From Enoplolaimus lenunculus (taxonomy: Eukaryota), in contig JASANG010001402.1 in the NCBI GenBank assembly GCA_030248215.1, positions 62,001 through 126,000 of the forward strand: a stretch of DNA of 64,000 nucleotides, written 5' to 3'. Positions 39,810-52,600 of this stretch are shown piece after piece (the first letter of the stretch is position 1; every line of letters begins with the position of its first letter). A program made the translations under genes and the position numbers. Under the pieces are notes generated by a model, which searched no databases, had not been told where the DNA came from, and worked only from the letters and a program-made list of their open reading frames with translations.

Positions 39810-41385
39810 TTTCCTCAGGTTTAGGGTTACTTGGGACTATTTGGACGATTTTGTTGCTGGTTGACGAGGATTAAAGAGCAGAAAATGGCACTGAACGTAT
39901 ATGGAAGATATGAAAATTTGCACGCTGTGGATGTGGTTTGTTTACTTTTGAATATATTTGCGTGTAGAACATATTGTAAGCAATTGATATTTTGTTGATT
40001 GGCAACCACACAATTTGGGAGCTTATTGGAATGATAAAATCGGTATGAAAATTGTTTGTGTAAAAATATTTCATTCTTGTTATAAAAACGTTTTCCGTTG
40101 ACTGGTTTCCTGAATAGTGTTAAATCTTTGTTAAAGTTGTGTTGTCTCCAAATGTATAATTGGCATTGTTATGCTAATAAATATTTGTTTTGGCTTTGTG
40201 TTGTATTATTGCTTGATAAATTCGTTAGCAAGTTAAGGTTACATCAGCTAAAAATCGTTTTTGTTGGATTATATCAGTACTAATGCCAAGATCTTAGGTG
40301 CATCTTTGTCGGTTCGAAGTGTTGCCAAAAAGTTGGTTTTTACCAGAGTACAGCCGGATGTCTGTCTCCGGTTATTTCAGAAAATCGGACTCCGGCATGG
40401 GTAGAATTTTTATCGGAGGTTCCGGCAATAGCGTAGAACTAAACAATATGGCTCCGGTATTTCTCTCCCCCGGTTGCACCCTGGTTTTTACCTTCGTTTC
40501 TGAGAAATATTGACAGATACAGCTTCCACAACTGCACCAAACTTACAGACCATTCGTCATTTAATAATCAATTGAAAATTGCATACTTGATTCGTAATGG
40601 CCGAAAAAATTTAAGTTACTTGAGCGTACGTATAGTTCATCGCTGGTGGTTTGAGAATCATTGAAGTTCAGGTTTAGCATAATACGTTCGTTTGAGCTTT
40701 GTGCTTGGATTATCTTTAAGTTCAATGGGTTTTCATTTCATTAAAGTTGCGTTCTACTATTCCAACATTTACTTGGGCTGGCTGGGACCGAAATTCAATA
40801 TTTTAGATGAATTTCGTGATTTGGATTTCATCTCGGACAATTGCAGCATATTTGTAATGAAATATTTAAAGAGTATGCACATAATTCAAATGAAAAATTG
40901 ATAGATATATATACTTAATTTTTAATTAACTTTGAGCGTAAAAATAACTCAAACGAACACCGATTTTTACTCGAAACGGATATCTGGTTTACATCCTGTC
41001 GGCCAGACCTCTCTATTATATTTAGGCTTGTTTTTACGCAGGATAGCAATACTGTTTTACTTTAGTAGTTACAAGAGCTTGCGCTTGGTTTTATGATTGT
41101 GTTTGCAAGATCGTGCACTACGGTAAGTGTGGAACAGTACTCAGTAGTCATACAAAGTTGCGTTATATTCGCTGATCGTCGCAATACTGAGTTACGCAAT
41201 TTTTAACAATTACCACCGGCGAATCCACAAGGAAGGGGGCGCCCGGCGTTGGGCGACAAACAGGAATCGAAACCGAATTTTTGGGTTAAAATTTGGTACT
41301 AAACATTGAATTTGGCTTCTCGCTCGTTCGCTTTTTTCGCTATAAATTTCGAGCAGTCTCCGGCGTTATAAATTTGTGAATTCAC

Positions 41386-41739
41386 CAGGGTGGCATGGCA
41401 ACAAAGGAATTTGAGGTTCGGATTCAAATTCGGATTCGGTTGCGGAAAAGCCGCATCCGAAAGCCGACTCCAATAAAGCTCGGCAATACGTTTTTTCATT
41501 TTTAAGCAATAAAATTTTTGAATGCCTTGCTATAAAAATCAATATTTTTATTTCAGGTGAGAAATCTCAGAACTGACGTCGGGACGAAATATATTAACGT
41601 ATTAAAAGTTATACGGCTGGCATTGCGTTGATATTCTAAAACAAATAGATAAATATGAAATTTGCAACATGCAGGATTCGGATTCGGCAAATAGCACTGG
41701 ATTCGGATCCGGTCAAATCGTGGATTCGGTGCCACCCTG
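41386..41739. mobile_element. hAT-like MITE (cagggtggca termini, ggattc-rich); repeated at 49976-50329 within CutA intron 1
   Basis: Termini cagggtggca / tgccaccctg. Perfect 8-bp TSD gaattcac on both sides. Confidence 0.82.
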
Positions 41740-44700
41740 GAATTCACCACGGGCAACTGGGTGCAGTCGTCATCATGACGTGTATATACTCGATTCAAAG
41801 CTGATATTAAAATAGCTTTTATATGCTGCATTTCACTATCAGCGGGACCGGATATTCGTTTCAGTAAAATCAATTATTTTAGGTTTCCTATTTGGTTGTT
41901 ATGCTTTTATGTTTTGGGTCGCTGATCGTGAAGGGAAAAGTGATTGGTATTGTGGTGGATGGGGGTGGAGGGGTGTGTTAGTTGATATTTTTAATTGACA
42001 TTTGAAGAGGTCACATAATAATTAAGAATATTAATTATTTATTGCAAAGGCATTAGGTCGATAAAAATTAGAGGTGTTGAGAAAATTACGCCTTGAAAAG
42101 TATTGAAAACGGAGGTAGCTTTTGAGGGCGGGGGGGGGTGGGCGGGGGAGGTGTGGTTGTCTTTCCTGCGAATGAGGTGCCCTCCCCCCCTCTTCTCGCG
42201 ATTTTTTTTTTCGCGGCCATTCCTCCTGTTCTCGGTCATAAGGTGGTTTAGTCTAGATTAATTTTTGTTAGGCTTAGGCTTTGACTTAGGTTGGGAACAT
42301 TTTGAGTTACGCTTAGGTTAGAAATACGCTTAATTATGTTACGCCCTTAAAGTAAGATTTGCATAGTTATCTGAAATTTAATATTTAGTTTGCTAAATGA
42401 GGAGGGACTGTAATATGGAATACTCTCCAGTTTAATCATATTCTTAGTTTTTCTTTCATCTCTGACTGTACAGCTAAGGAGTTCGCGAGATTTGTCAGCG
42501 AGTATCCAAAAGACCGTTCAATTATGTACCTACATATTAGGGGGATGTTAATTGATTCGTGTGAAGAACTTTTAATGGGGGGGGGGTTTATCGCTTCATA
42601 CTGTGTATGTTTGCACATGGCGAGGGCGTAGGTTCAAAATGGGGGGGGGGGGCAAAATTTCACAGGTAATAAACTTACTTTTGACAAAAGATATTGTCAA
42701 TAAAATTTTTGTGGTGTGTTGGCCGGGTTCAGACCCCATTTGGCGATGTGCGAGGCAACTGCGGTCGAAAGCTGATTTAAGTAATTTCGAGGCTTCGACT
42801 CGTCTAGTAGATTTTAATCCGTCTCGTTATTTCGAGACTTTTCAAGGCGTAAATTTTATCTCAGCCTTAATTTATTGCATAGATCCTTTGCAATAAATAG
42901 ATAATATTTCTAGGTTATTATTCCTCTTTCAGATGTGCTAATCTAAATAGTTTTCAAAATCTGCAAAATCCGCAACCTAGCTAATTTCTTCCCCTCAGGT
43001 GGTCAGCAAGGTTCAGGGTCGGGCGTGTGTTGTCGCCATCTTACTTTCGACATACCGCCGATAAAAAGCACACACAAACGCAAATAGGCAACCTAAAATA
43101 ATTGATTTTTACTGGAAACGAATATCGCTTCCCGCTATCGCAATAGATATAAAAGCTATTTTAATATCAGCTTTGAATCGAGTATATACACGTTCATGAT
43201 GACGCTCCCAGTTCCCGTGGTGATCAGGTGGCACCGATCCACGATTTCCGTCCGATCAGTGCTTTTCCATCCATCCTATGTTCAAATTTCATATTTATCT
43301 ATTTGTTTTAGATATCAACCATCCACCGAACTTTTATACGTTATATATTTCGTCCCGCGTCAGTTCTGAGATTTCTCACCTGAAATAAAATATTGATTTT
43401 TATAGCAAGGCGATTCTAAAAATTTTATTGCTTAAAAATGAAAAAACGTATTGCCGAGCTTTATTGGAGTCGGCTTTCAGATGCGGCTTTTCCGCAACCG
43501 AATCCGAATTTGAATCCGAACCTCAAATTCCTTTGTTGCCATGCCACCCTGGTAAATTCACAAATTTATAACGCCAGAAACTGCTCGAAATTTATAGCGA
43601 AAAAAGCGAACGAGCGAGAAGCCAAATTCAATGTTTCGTACCAAATTTTAACCCAAAAATTCGGTTTCGATTCCTGTTTGTCGCCCAACGCCGGGCGCCC
43701 CCTTCCTGTGGATTCACCGGTGGTAATTGTTAAAAATTGCGTAACTCAGTATTGCAACGATCAGCGAATATAACGCAACTTTCTATGACTACTGAGTACT
43801 GTTCCACACTTACCGTAGTGCACGATCTTGCAAACACAATCATAAAACCAAGCGCAAGCTCTTGTAACTACTAAAGTAAAACAGTATTGCTATCCTGCGT
43901 AAAAACAAGCCTAAATATAATAGAGAGGTCTGGCCGACAGGATGTAAACCAGATATCCGTTTCGAGTAAAAATCGGTGTTCGTTTGAGTTATTTTTACGC
44001 TCAAAGTTAATTAAAAAATTAAGTATATATATCTATCAATTTTTCATTTGAATTATGTGCATACTCTTTTAAATATTTCATTACAAATATGCTGCAATTG
44101 TCCGAGATGAAATCCAAATCACGAAATTCATCTAAAATATTGAATTTCGGTCCCAGCCAGCCCAAGTAAATGTTGGAATAGTAGAACGCAACTTTAATGA
44201 AATGAAAACCCATTGAACTTAAAGATAATCCAAGCACAAAGCTCAAACGAACGTATTATGCTAAACCTGAACTTCAATGATTCTCAAACCACCAGCGATG
44301 AACTATACGTACGCTAAAGTAACTTAAATTTTTTCGGCCATTACGAATCAAGTATGCAATTTTCAATTGATTATTAAATGACGAATGGTCTGTAAGTTTG
44401 GTGCAGTTGTGGAAGCTGTATCTGTCAATATTTCTCAGAAACGAAGGTAAAAACCAGGGTGCAACCGGGGGAGAGAAATACCGGAGCCATATTGTTTAGT
44501 TCTACGCTATTGCCGGAACCTCCGATAAAAATTCTACCCATGCCGGAGTCCGATTTTCTGAAATAACCGGAGACAGACATCCGGCTGTACTCTGGTAAAA
44601 ACCAACTTTTTGGCAACACTTCGAACCGACAAAGATGCACCTAAGATCTTGGCATTAGTACTGATATAATCCAACAAAAACGATTTTTAGCTGATGTAAC

Positions 44701-45128
44701 CTTAACTTGCTAACGAATTTATCAAGCAATAATACAACACAAAGCCAAAACAAATATTTATTAGCATAACAATGCCAATTATACATTTGGAGACAACACA
44801 ACTTTAACAAAGATTTAACACTATTCAGGAAACCAGTCAACGGAAAACGTTTTTATAACAAGAATGAAATATTTTTACACAAACAATTTTCATACCGATT
44901 TTATCATTCCAATAAGCTCCCAAATTGTGTGGTTGCCAATCAACAAAATATCAATTGCTTACAATATGTTCTACACGCAAATATATTCAAAAGTAAACAA
45001 ACCACATCCACAGCGTGCAAATTTTCATATCTTCCATATACGTTCAGTGCCATTTTCTGCTCTTTAATCCTCGTCAACCAGCAACAAAATCGTCCAAATA
45101 GTCCCAAGTAACCCTAAACCTGAGGAAA

Positions 45129-46698
45129 TCAAACCAGAAGCACTGCATTGATACATCCGTCATTTTCAGGGTTATTCGTAACCTGTGCGTATTTGCCCCA
45201 AATCACTTTGCCACCTTGCGTCACTAATCCGAGCTCACTAATATTAACTTCAACAATTGTGCCTTTCGTAATAATTCCAAGTGAAGTATACGTTGATGAA
45301 CTTGGATTTTTCTTCACTCCAATGATCGGAAGACAAAACGTGGTTTTGAGCTAGGATGTGTAACGTGAGCTTTGTTGAATCGCAAAGCCTAACATATTAA
45401 AAAACATTACCGTAAAGTGACAAAACAAAGAATAACTTTAAACGAAATATTGATCTTTATGTATACATACTTGAAGATGGTGCGACAAGATATAACAAAT
45501 GAACGGAATGACGATATTTTTCCATGTCCGGATATTCGGTTGCACCCAACTTTCGTTTCCTATTAAGACTTAAGAGGAGCGTACACTAACCATCATTTGC
45601 GTAAACTATGAGTGATACTCGGTTCAGACCGACCCAATATACTTTTTGACAAATTTAATGCTATTCACCGCCCTCCGGCATCGTACACAGCGGCACCGCA
45701 TATCAATTTGCATCAGAGGGCCACCCGTACATTTCGATTGAAGAATACAGATCAAATTTCAAAAAGCGACTTACCATTGGACGAATAAATCTTTCGAACT
45801 TCGGGGGTTTACGAGTAAACGATTCACCAACATAGCATACTTTAGTTACCATACGCTTCCATCCTTTTCCTTGTAGCAGTAACAATTTAGATAACTAGAG
45901 CCTATTCACATGCTTAATACAGAAGCTGTATGCCCATCAAATATACCTACGCAAACACTGAATCTACTTTGAATTTTACCGCATAAAACTCAAGTTTACA
46001 TTGACAAAGAATCAAAATTTAAAAAATTAACGCGCAATGGTATTTAAAGCATAAAATATTCCATTTGAAAACATTTTGCGAGTCCATATAGTTTAATATA
46101 CACACGCAAGATGCATCCATAAGCGTCTCAAGCAATAATTTTAGAGGTATACACCACAAGAACTGGTGTAACCTATTGTTTAACCAAAATTAAAACTATT
46201 TCATTAGCAAAATCGCATATAACATGTTAAAATCTTTCTCAGCAGACGTACTTCGAGTCTTTCCTGATTTGACCACTTAAACGCTTCTTGTCGCTGACAG
46301 CCTTGACTTTAGGAATTGGAACTGTCCATTTGCCCTGCAGTAAAATATATAAACGTCAACTAAGTGCCTGAATTTCAGCCAGAATACTTGCATTATTCAA
46401 AGTGTCAATACGTAATCTTCAAAAAAACAGCTGCACATTTATGCATTACTGGTTCAGCTAGTTACATATTATAGAGAACTTTCGATTTCAACTAAAACCT
46501 ATAGTCAATCAGGGTTAAATTTACACTGCCAACGTCACAGCGTCAACTTACGGCTTTTTCTTTTCTCTTCTGCTTAATCATATTGACAATATTTGCCACG
46601 AGTTGCTTTTTCGCGGTCAATAAATACGGCGGCACGGCACTTCTGGGGCGTCATCTTTTGTTGTACCCTTTTGTTGTTTCTCTTCATGAACTTTAAGA
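45129..46698 (-). pseudogene. NSA2: Inverted partial NSA2 copy (exons 5-8 with introns) carrying single-base indels; likely artefactual
   Basis: Reverse complement of 38232-39809, with base losses (e.g. gagctaggatg at about 45350 versus gagctcaggatg) that increase toward 46700. Confidence 0.6.
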
Positions 46699-47671
46699 CT
46701 GAAATATAACAAATATATCGAAGATAGGTTCTTAATAAAATTTTAAAAATTTTCTCGAATCTCTAGACTTTAGCAATTGTTTTTAATACGTCAATCAATT
46801 CGGAGTTTTATCAATTTGTTTAAAAATTGATGGTATTAATGTTGATGTTTAATATCTAAAATAATACAAATTACTTAACTTCACACTGTTATAAAATTTT
46901 AAAAAACCTCAAGTCTGCATAATGATCATTTAAACAAATACTTAATAAAGTTATCAACAGTTTTGATTTAGGAATAAATAAATCAACTGGTTCTTGTGAA
47001 ACTCAAGAAAACGCTGTAATGGTGAAAGTACAACAACTAGAAAAATTTAGGCTCAAAAATATATGTACACTATATATATGTAGAAATTAACACAAGTTAT
47101 AATGAAAAAAAATCAATAGTTATTTATTTAGGTGTTGGTGTAATTTGAGAAAAATAATGAAGTTATATGTAATGTATAGTGTTTTTTTGAGATTTGATTT
47201 GATATGAGTATTTGGTGAATTAGGATTAGTTGAGTTTATATTTTTTGAGGGATGGGTTATTTAAGTAGGTGTAGGAAAGTGAGTGGTATGGGATAAGTAG
47301 TCTGTGAGAAAGATTTTAACATGTTATATGCGATTTTGCTAATGAAATAGTTTTAATTTTGGTTAAACAATAGGTTACACCAGTTCTTGTGGTGTATACC
47401 TCTAAAATTATTGCTTGAGACGCTTATGGATGCATCTTGCGTGTGTATATTAAACTATATGGACTCGCAAAATGTTTTCAAATGGAATATTTTATGCTTT
47501 AAATACATTGCGGTTAATTTTTTAAATTTTGATTCTTTGTCAATGTAAATTAGTTTTATGCGGTAAAATTCAAAGTAGATTCAGTGTTTGCGTAGGTATA
47601 TTTGATGGGCATACAGCTTCTGTATTAAGCATGTGAGTAGGCTCTAGTTATCTAAATTGTTACTGCTACAG

Positions 47672-48400
47672 GAAAAGGATGGAAGCATATGGTAACTAAG
47701 TATGCTATGTTGGTGAATCGTTTACTCGTAAACAAGTTCGAAAGATTTATTCGTCAATGGTAAGTCGCTTTTGAAATTTGATCTGTATTCTTCAATCGAA
47801 ATGTACGGGTGGCCCTCTATGCAAATTGATATGCGGTGCCGCTGTGTAGATGCCGAGGGCGGTGAATAGCATTAAATTTGTCAAAAAGTATATTGGGTCG
47901 GTCTAAACCGAGTATCACTCATAGTTTACGCAAATGATGGTTAGTGTACGCTCCTCTTAAGTCTTAATAGGAAACGAAAGTTGGGTGCAACCGAATATCC
48001 GACATGGAAAAATATCGTCATTCCGTTCATTTGTTATATCTTGTCGCACCATCTTCAAGTATGTATACATAAAGATCAATATTTCGTTTAAAGTTATTCT
48101 TTGTTTTGTCACTTTACGGTAATGTTTTTTAATATGTTAGGCTTTGCGATTCAACAAAGCTCACGTTACACATCCTGAGCTCAAAACCACGTTTTGTCTT
48201 CCGATCATTGGAGTGAAGAAAAATCCAAGTTCATCAACGTATACTTCACTTGGAATTATTACGAAAGGCACAATTGTTGAAGTTAATATTAGTGAGCTCG
48301 GATTAGTGACGCAAGGTGGCAAAGTGATTTGGGGCAAATACGCACAGGTTACGAATAACCCTGAAAATGACGGATGTATCAATCAGTGCTTCTGGTTTGA
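47672..48400 (+). pseudogene. NSA2: Third partial NSA2 copy (exons 7-8) with indels; likely artefactual
   Basis: Matches 39068-39809, with deletions at about 47730 (aaacaagttcg versus aaacccccgaagttcg) and about 48383 (aatcagtg versus aatgcagtg). Confidence 0.6.
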
Positions 48401-49683
48401 TTTCCTCAGGTTTAGGGTTACTTGGGACTATTTGGACGATTTTGTTGCTGGTTGACGAGGATTAAAGAGCAGAAAATGGCACTGAACGTATATGGAAGAT
48501 ATGAAAATTTGCACGCTGTGGATGTGGTTTGTTTACTTTTGAATATATTTGCGTGTAGAACATATTGTAAGCAATTGATATTTTGTTGATTGGCAACCAC
48601 ACAATTTGGGAGCTTATTGGAATGATAAAATCGGTATGAAAATTGTTTGTGTAAAAATATTTCATTCTTGTTATAAAAACGTTTTCCGTTGACTGGTTTC
48701 CTGAATAGTGTTAAATCTTTGTTAAAGTTGTGTTGTCTCCAAATGTATAATTGGCATTGTTATGCTAATAAATATTTGTTTTGGCTTTGTGTTGTATTAT
48801 TGCTTGATAAATTCGTTAGCAAGTTAAGGTTACATCAGCTAAAAATCGTTTTTGTTGGATTATATCAGTACTAATGCCAAGATCTTAGGTGCATCTTTGT
48901 CGGTTCGAAGTGTTGCCAAAAAGTTGGTTTTTACCAGAGTACAGCCGGATGTCTGTCTCCGGTTATTTCAGAAAATCGGACTCCGGCATGGGTAGAATTT
49001 TTATCGGAGGTTCCGGCAATAGCGTAGAACTAAACAATATGGCTCCGGTATTTCTCTCCCCCGGTTGCACCCTGGTTTTTACCTTCGTTTCTGAGAAATA
49101 TTGACAGATACAGCTTCCACAACTGCACCAAACTTACAGACCATTCGTCATTTAATAATCAATTGAAAATTGCATACTTGATTCGTAATGGCCGAAAAAA
49201 TTTAAGTTACTTGAGCGTACGTATAGTTCATCGCTGGTGGTTTGAGAATCATTGAAGTTCAGGTTTAGCATAATACGTTCGTTTGAGCTTTGTGCTTGGA
49301 TTATCTTTAAGTTCAATGGGTTTTCATTTCATTAAAGTTGCGTTCTACTATTCCAACATTTACTTGGGCTGGCTGGGACCGAAATTCAATATTTTAGATG
49401 AATTTCGTGATTTGGATTTCATCTCGGACAATTGCAGCATATTTGTAATGAAATATTTAAAGAGTATGCACATAATTCAAATGAAAAATTGATAGATATA
49501 TATACTTAATTTTTAATTAACTTTGAGCGTAAAAATAACTCAAACGAACACCGATTTTTACTCGAAACGGATATCTGGTTTACATCCTGTCGGCCAGACC
49601 TCTCTATTATATTTAGGCTTGTTTTTACGCAGGATAGCAATACTGTTTTACTTTAGTAGTTACAAGAGCTTGCGCTTGGTTTT

Positions 49684-52600
49684 ATGATTGTGTTTGCAAG
49701 ATCGTGCACTACGGTAAGTGTGGAACAGTACTCAGTAGTCATACAAAGTTGCGTTATATTCGCTGATCGTCGCAATACTGAGTTACGCAATTTTTAACAA
49801 TTACCACCGGCGAATCCACAGGAAGGGGGCGCCCGGCGTTGGGCGACAAACAGGAATCGAAACCGAATTTTTGGGTTAAAATTTGGTACTAAACATTGAA
49901 TTTGGCTTCTCGCTCGTTCGCTTTTTTCGCTATAAATTTCGAGCAGTCTCCGGCGTTATAAATTTGTGAATTCACCAGGGTGGCATGGCAACAAAGGAAT
50001 TTGAGGTTCGGATTCAAATTCGGATTCGGTTGCGGAAAAGCCGCATCCGAAAGCCGACTCCAATAAAGCTCGGCAATACGTTTTTTCATTTTTAAGCAAT
50101 AAAATTTTTGAATGCCTTGCTATAAAAATCAATATTTTTATTTCAGGTGAGAAATCTCAGAACTGACGTCGGGACGAAATATATTAACGTATTAAAAGTT
50201 ATACGGCTGGCATTGCGTTGATATTCTAAAACAAATAGATAAATATGAAATTTGCAACATGCAGGATTCGGATTCGGCAAATAGCACTGGATTCGGATCC
50301 GGTCAAATCGTGGATTCGGTGCCACCCTGGAATTCACCACGGGCAACTGGGTGCAGTCGTCATCATGAACGTGTATATACTCGATTCAAAGCTGATATTA
50401 AAATAGCTTTTATATGCTGCATTGTCACTATCAGCGGGAACCCGGATATTCGTTTCCAGTAAAAATCAATTATTTTAGGTTTGCCTATTTGCGTTTGTGT
50501 GTATGCTTTTTATCACGTTTTGGCGTCCGCTGATTCGTCGAACAGTAACGATGGCGACAACAACAACAACGTCTCCGTATACTCCTGGAACTCACTCTGT
50601 GGTCTTGGTAACCACTCCTGGTGAGGCTGACGCAAAGAAATTAGCTAGGTATGCGATGATTTTGTGCAGATTTTGAAACTATTTTCTACAATTTAAGCAG
50701 CATTTCTGAAAATGGTAGGTCACATAATAACTCTACACGAAATCATTAATCTATTTATTGCAAAGGCATCTATGGTCGATTAATAAATTAGAGGCTGTTG
50801 AGATAAAATTTACGCCTTGAAAAGTCATTCGAAATAACGGGTAGTGTAAGGCGTTTTTGATGTGAGAAATTTTCTGTGATCTGAGAACGTCAGTTCCGAA
50901 GGCACCTTCGCAACAGCAATTGCACTTAAATCAATGCATTTCGACCGTTCGAGTCTGTTCAAGCTTACTGCGTCGTCAACATTCGCCAGCAATGGCGGAT
51001 CCATGGGAAGGCCACCCCGGCCGTGCCCCCCCCCAACAGCATCTCGACAAAAATTATATACTTAGCAATTTTGTGACAATAGTTCGTGGTTTGTGTGTGG
51101 GTCAAAAGTAAGTTTATTACCTGTGAAATTTTGCCCCCCCCCCCATTTTGAGATCCTGGATCCGCCACTGTTCGCCAGTGATGTTGACCAGAGCGGACAT
51201 ACATGCATGAGTTATTTGAAGCGATTAAAGTACCCCCCCCCCCAAGGTATGATTAAAAGTTTTCTTGCACAACTGAATCAATTAACATTCTGCCCCTGAC
51301 GATTTCAAGTGGTCAAGGGTTCATCAAGGGTCGCCAAGGTACCAAGCCGATGTTTTTTGTGGGAATATGAACGAGTCTTGTTGGGATACTCGCTGTTACA
51401 AAGATGTCTTCGCGAACTGGCACTTTAGCATGGCTTACCAGTTTCAGAGATGAAAGAAAAACTAAGAATATGATTAAACTTGGTGAGGCAGTATATCTCC
51501 TCTTATGGTATTAATTACAGTTCCCTCCTCAATTGTAAGGGGCAAACTTAAATTGATTTAAATTTTTCAGGATAACTATGGCAAATGCTTACTTTAAGGG
51601 GCGTAACAGTAGATTAAGCGTATTTCTAAGCCTAAGCGTAAGCGTTGCAAAAATGTGTTCCCAAGCCTAAGTCAAAGCCTAAGCCTAAGCAAAAAATGTA
51701 ATCTAGAGTCTAAACCTACTCTTGTATGGACCCACCAGAAACCTGGACGCCTCTTAAAGTAACGTGGGCCAAAACTATTATAAATTTGTTGCAGCATTTT
51801 AAATGCCTAATTTCGCCTCACATGCGGCTTTGGAAAATTTTGTTGACCTCTGGTTCCGGTATTTTTGTCACCTCCGGTTGCACGCTAAAGAGCTGGCAAA
51901 AGTACATGTGTGATAAGTTTGTATCTGATTGAATTCTTTCAGAGGTTTGGTTGAAAATGAACTTGCTGCTTGTGTGAACATTGTACCAAAGATTACTTCG
52001 ATGTAAGAGTTACGTTTTTAGGTTATAGCGCAAGTTTTAGTCTGTTTATTGGCAATTAAAACTGTTACCTGTAAGCTTAGGCAAAGGCTTATGCGCCATT
52101 CAGTGTAATTTATGTGTAAGGAAAACCGAGAAAGCGGTTTAGGGCTACCCTAACACTTGGCACAAAATTTTGAGTTCCAAGTGTTAGGGTAATTGTAAGA
52201 CAAAAGCATGTTAGGGTTACCCTAATGTGCCAAGTGTTCGGGTTACCCTAAGACAAAAACACATTAGGGTAATCCTAACATGTTTTTGTCTTAGGGTTAC
52301 CCTAACACTTGGCACATTAGGGTAACCCTAACACAAACATGTTAGGGTTACCCTAATGTGCCAAATGTTAGGGTAACCCTAAGACAAAGAACTTGTTACA
52401 ATTACCGTAACACTTGGCACACAAAATTTTGCGATAAACATTAGGGTAACCCTAAACCACTTTTTGTTGCCGTTACATCTAAATTAAAATGAATGACACA
52501 TTAGAAATTTATCGCTATTTCTTAAGCCTAAGCCTGAGCGTAAATGATATATGAAGAATGTGAATTAATGATTAGTAAAATCACTTTGATGGTAGACGCA

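Larger units (their letters stand above)
37800..51770. repeat. Forward/inverted/forward triplication of the NSA2 3' half and CutA 5' region; probable assembly artefact
   Basis: Identical ORFs recur at 40298+/44425-/48889+ and 39871-/44864+/48462-. Copy 3 is offset by about 8592 bp from copy 1. Junctions at about 41900-43350 and 46700-47300 are garbled. Confidence 0.9.

Noticed and set aside
45129..48400. Three functional NSA2 paralogues
   Set aside because: The extra copies lack the 5' exons, keep the introns and have indels concentrated toward the garbled junctions.
39827..49492. Repeated small ORFs (61-71 aa) as a multicopy gene cluster
   Set aside because: They are chance ORFs in the NSA2 3' and intergenic region, repeated only because of the triplication.
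52138..52460. CRISPR array or true telomere fusion site
   Set aside because: The spacers are short and recurrent, TTAGGG is not tandemly repeated, and the array is enclosed by inverted termini inside an intron.
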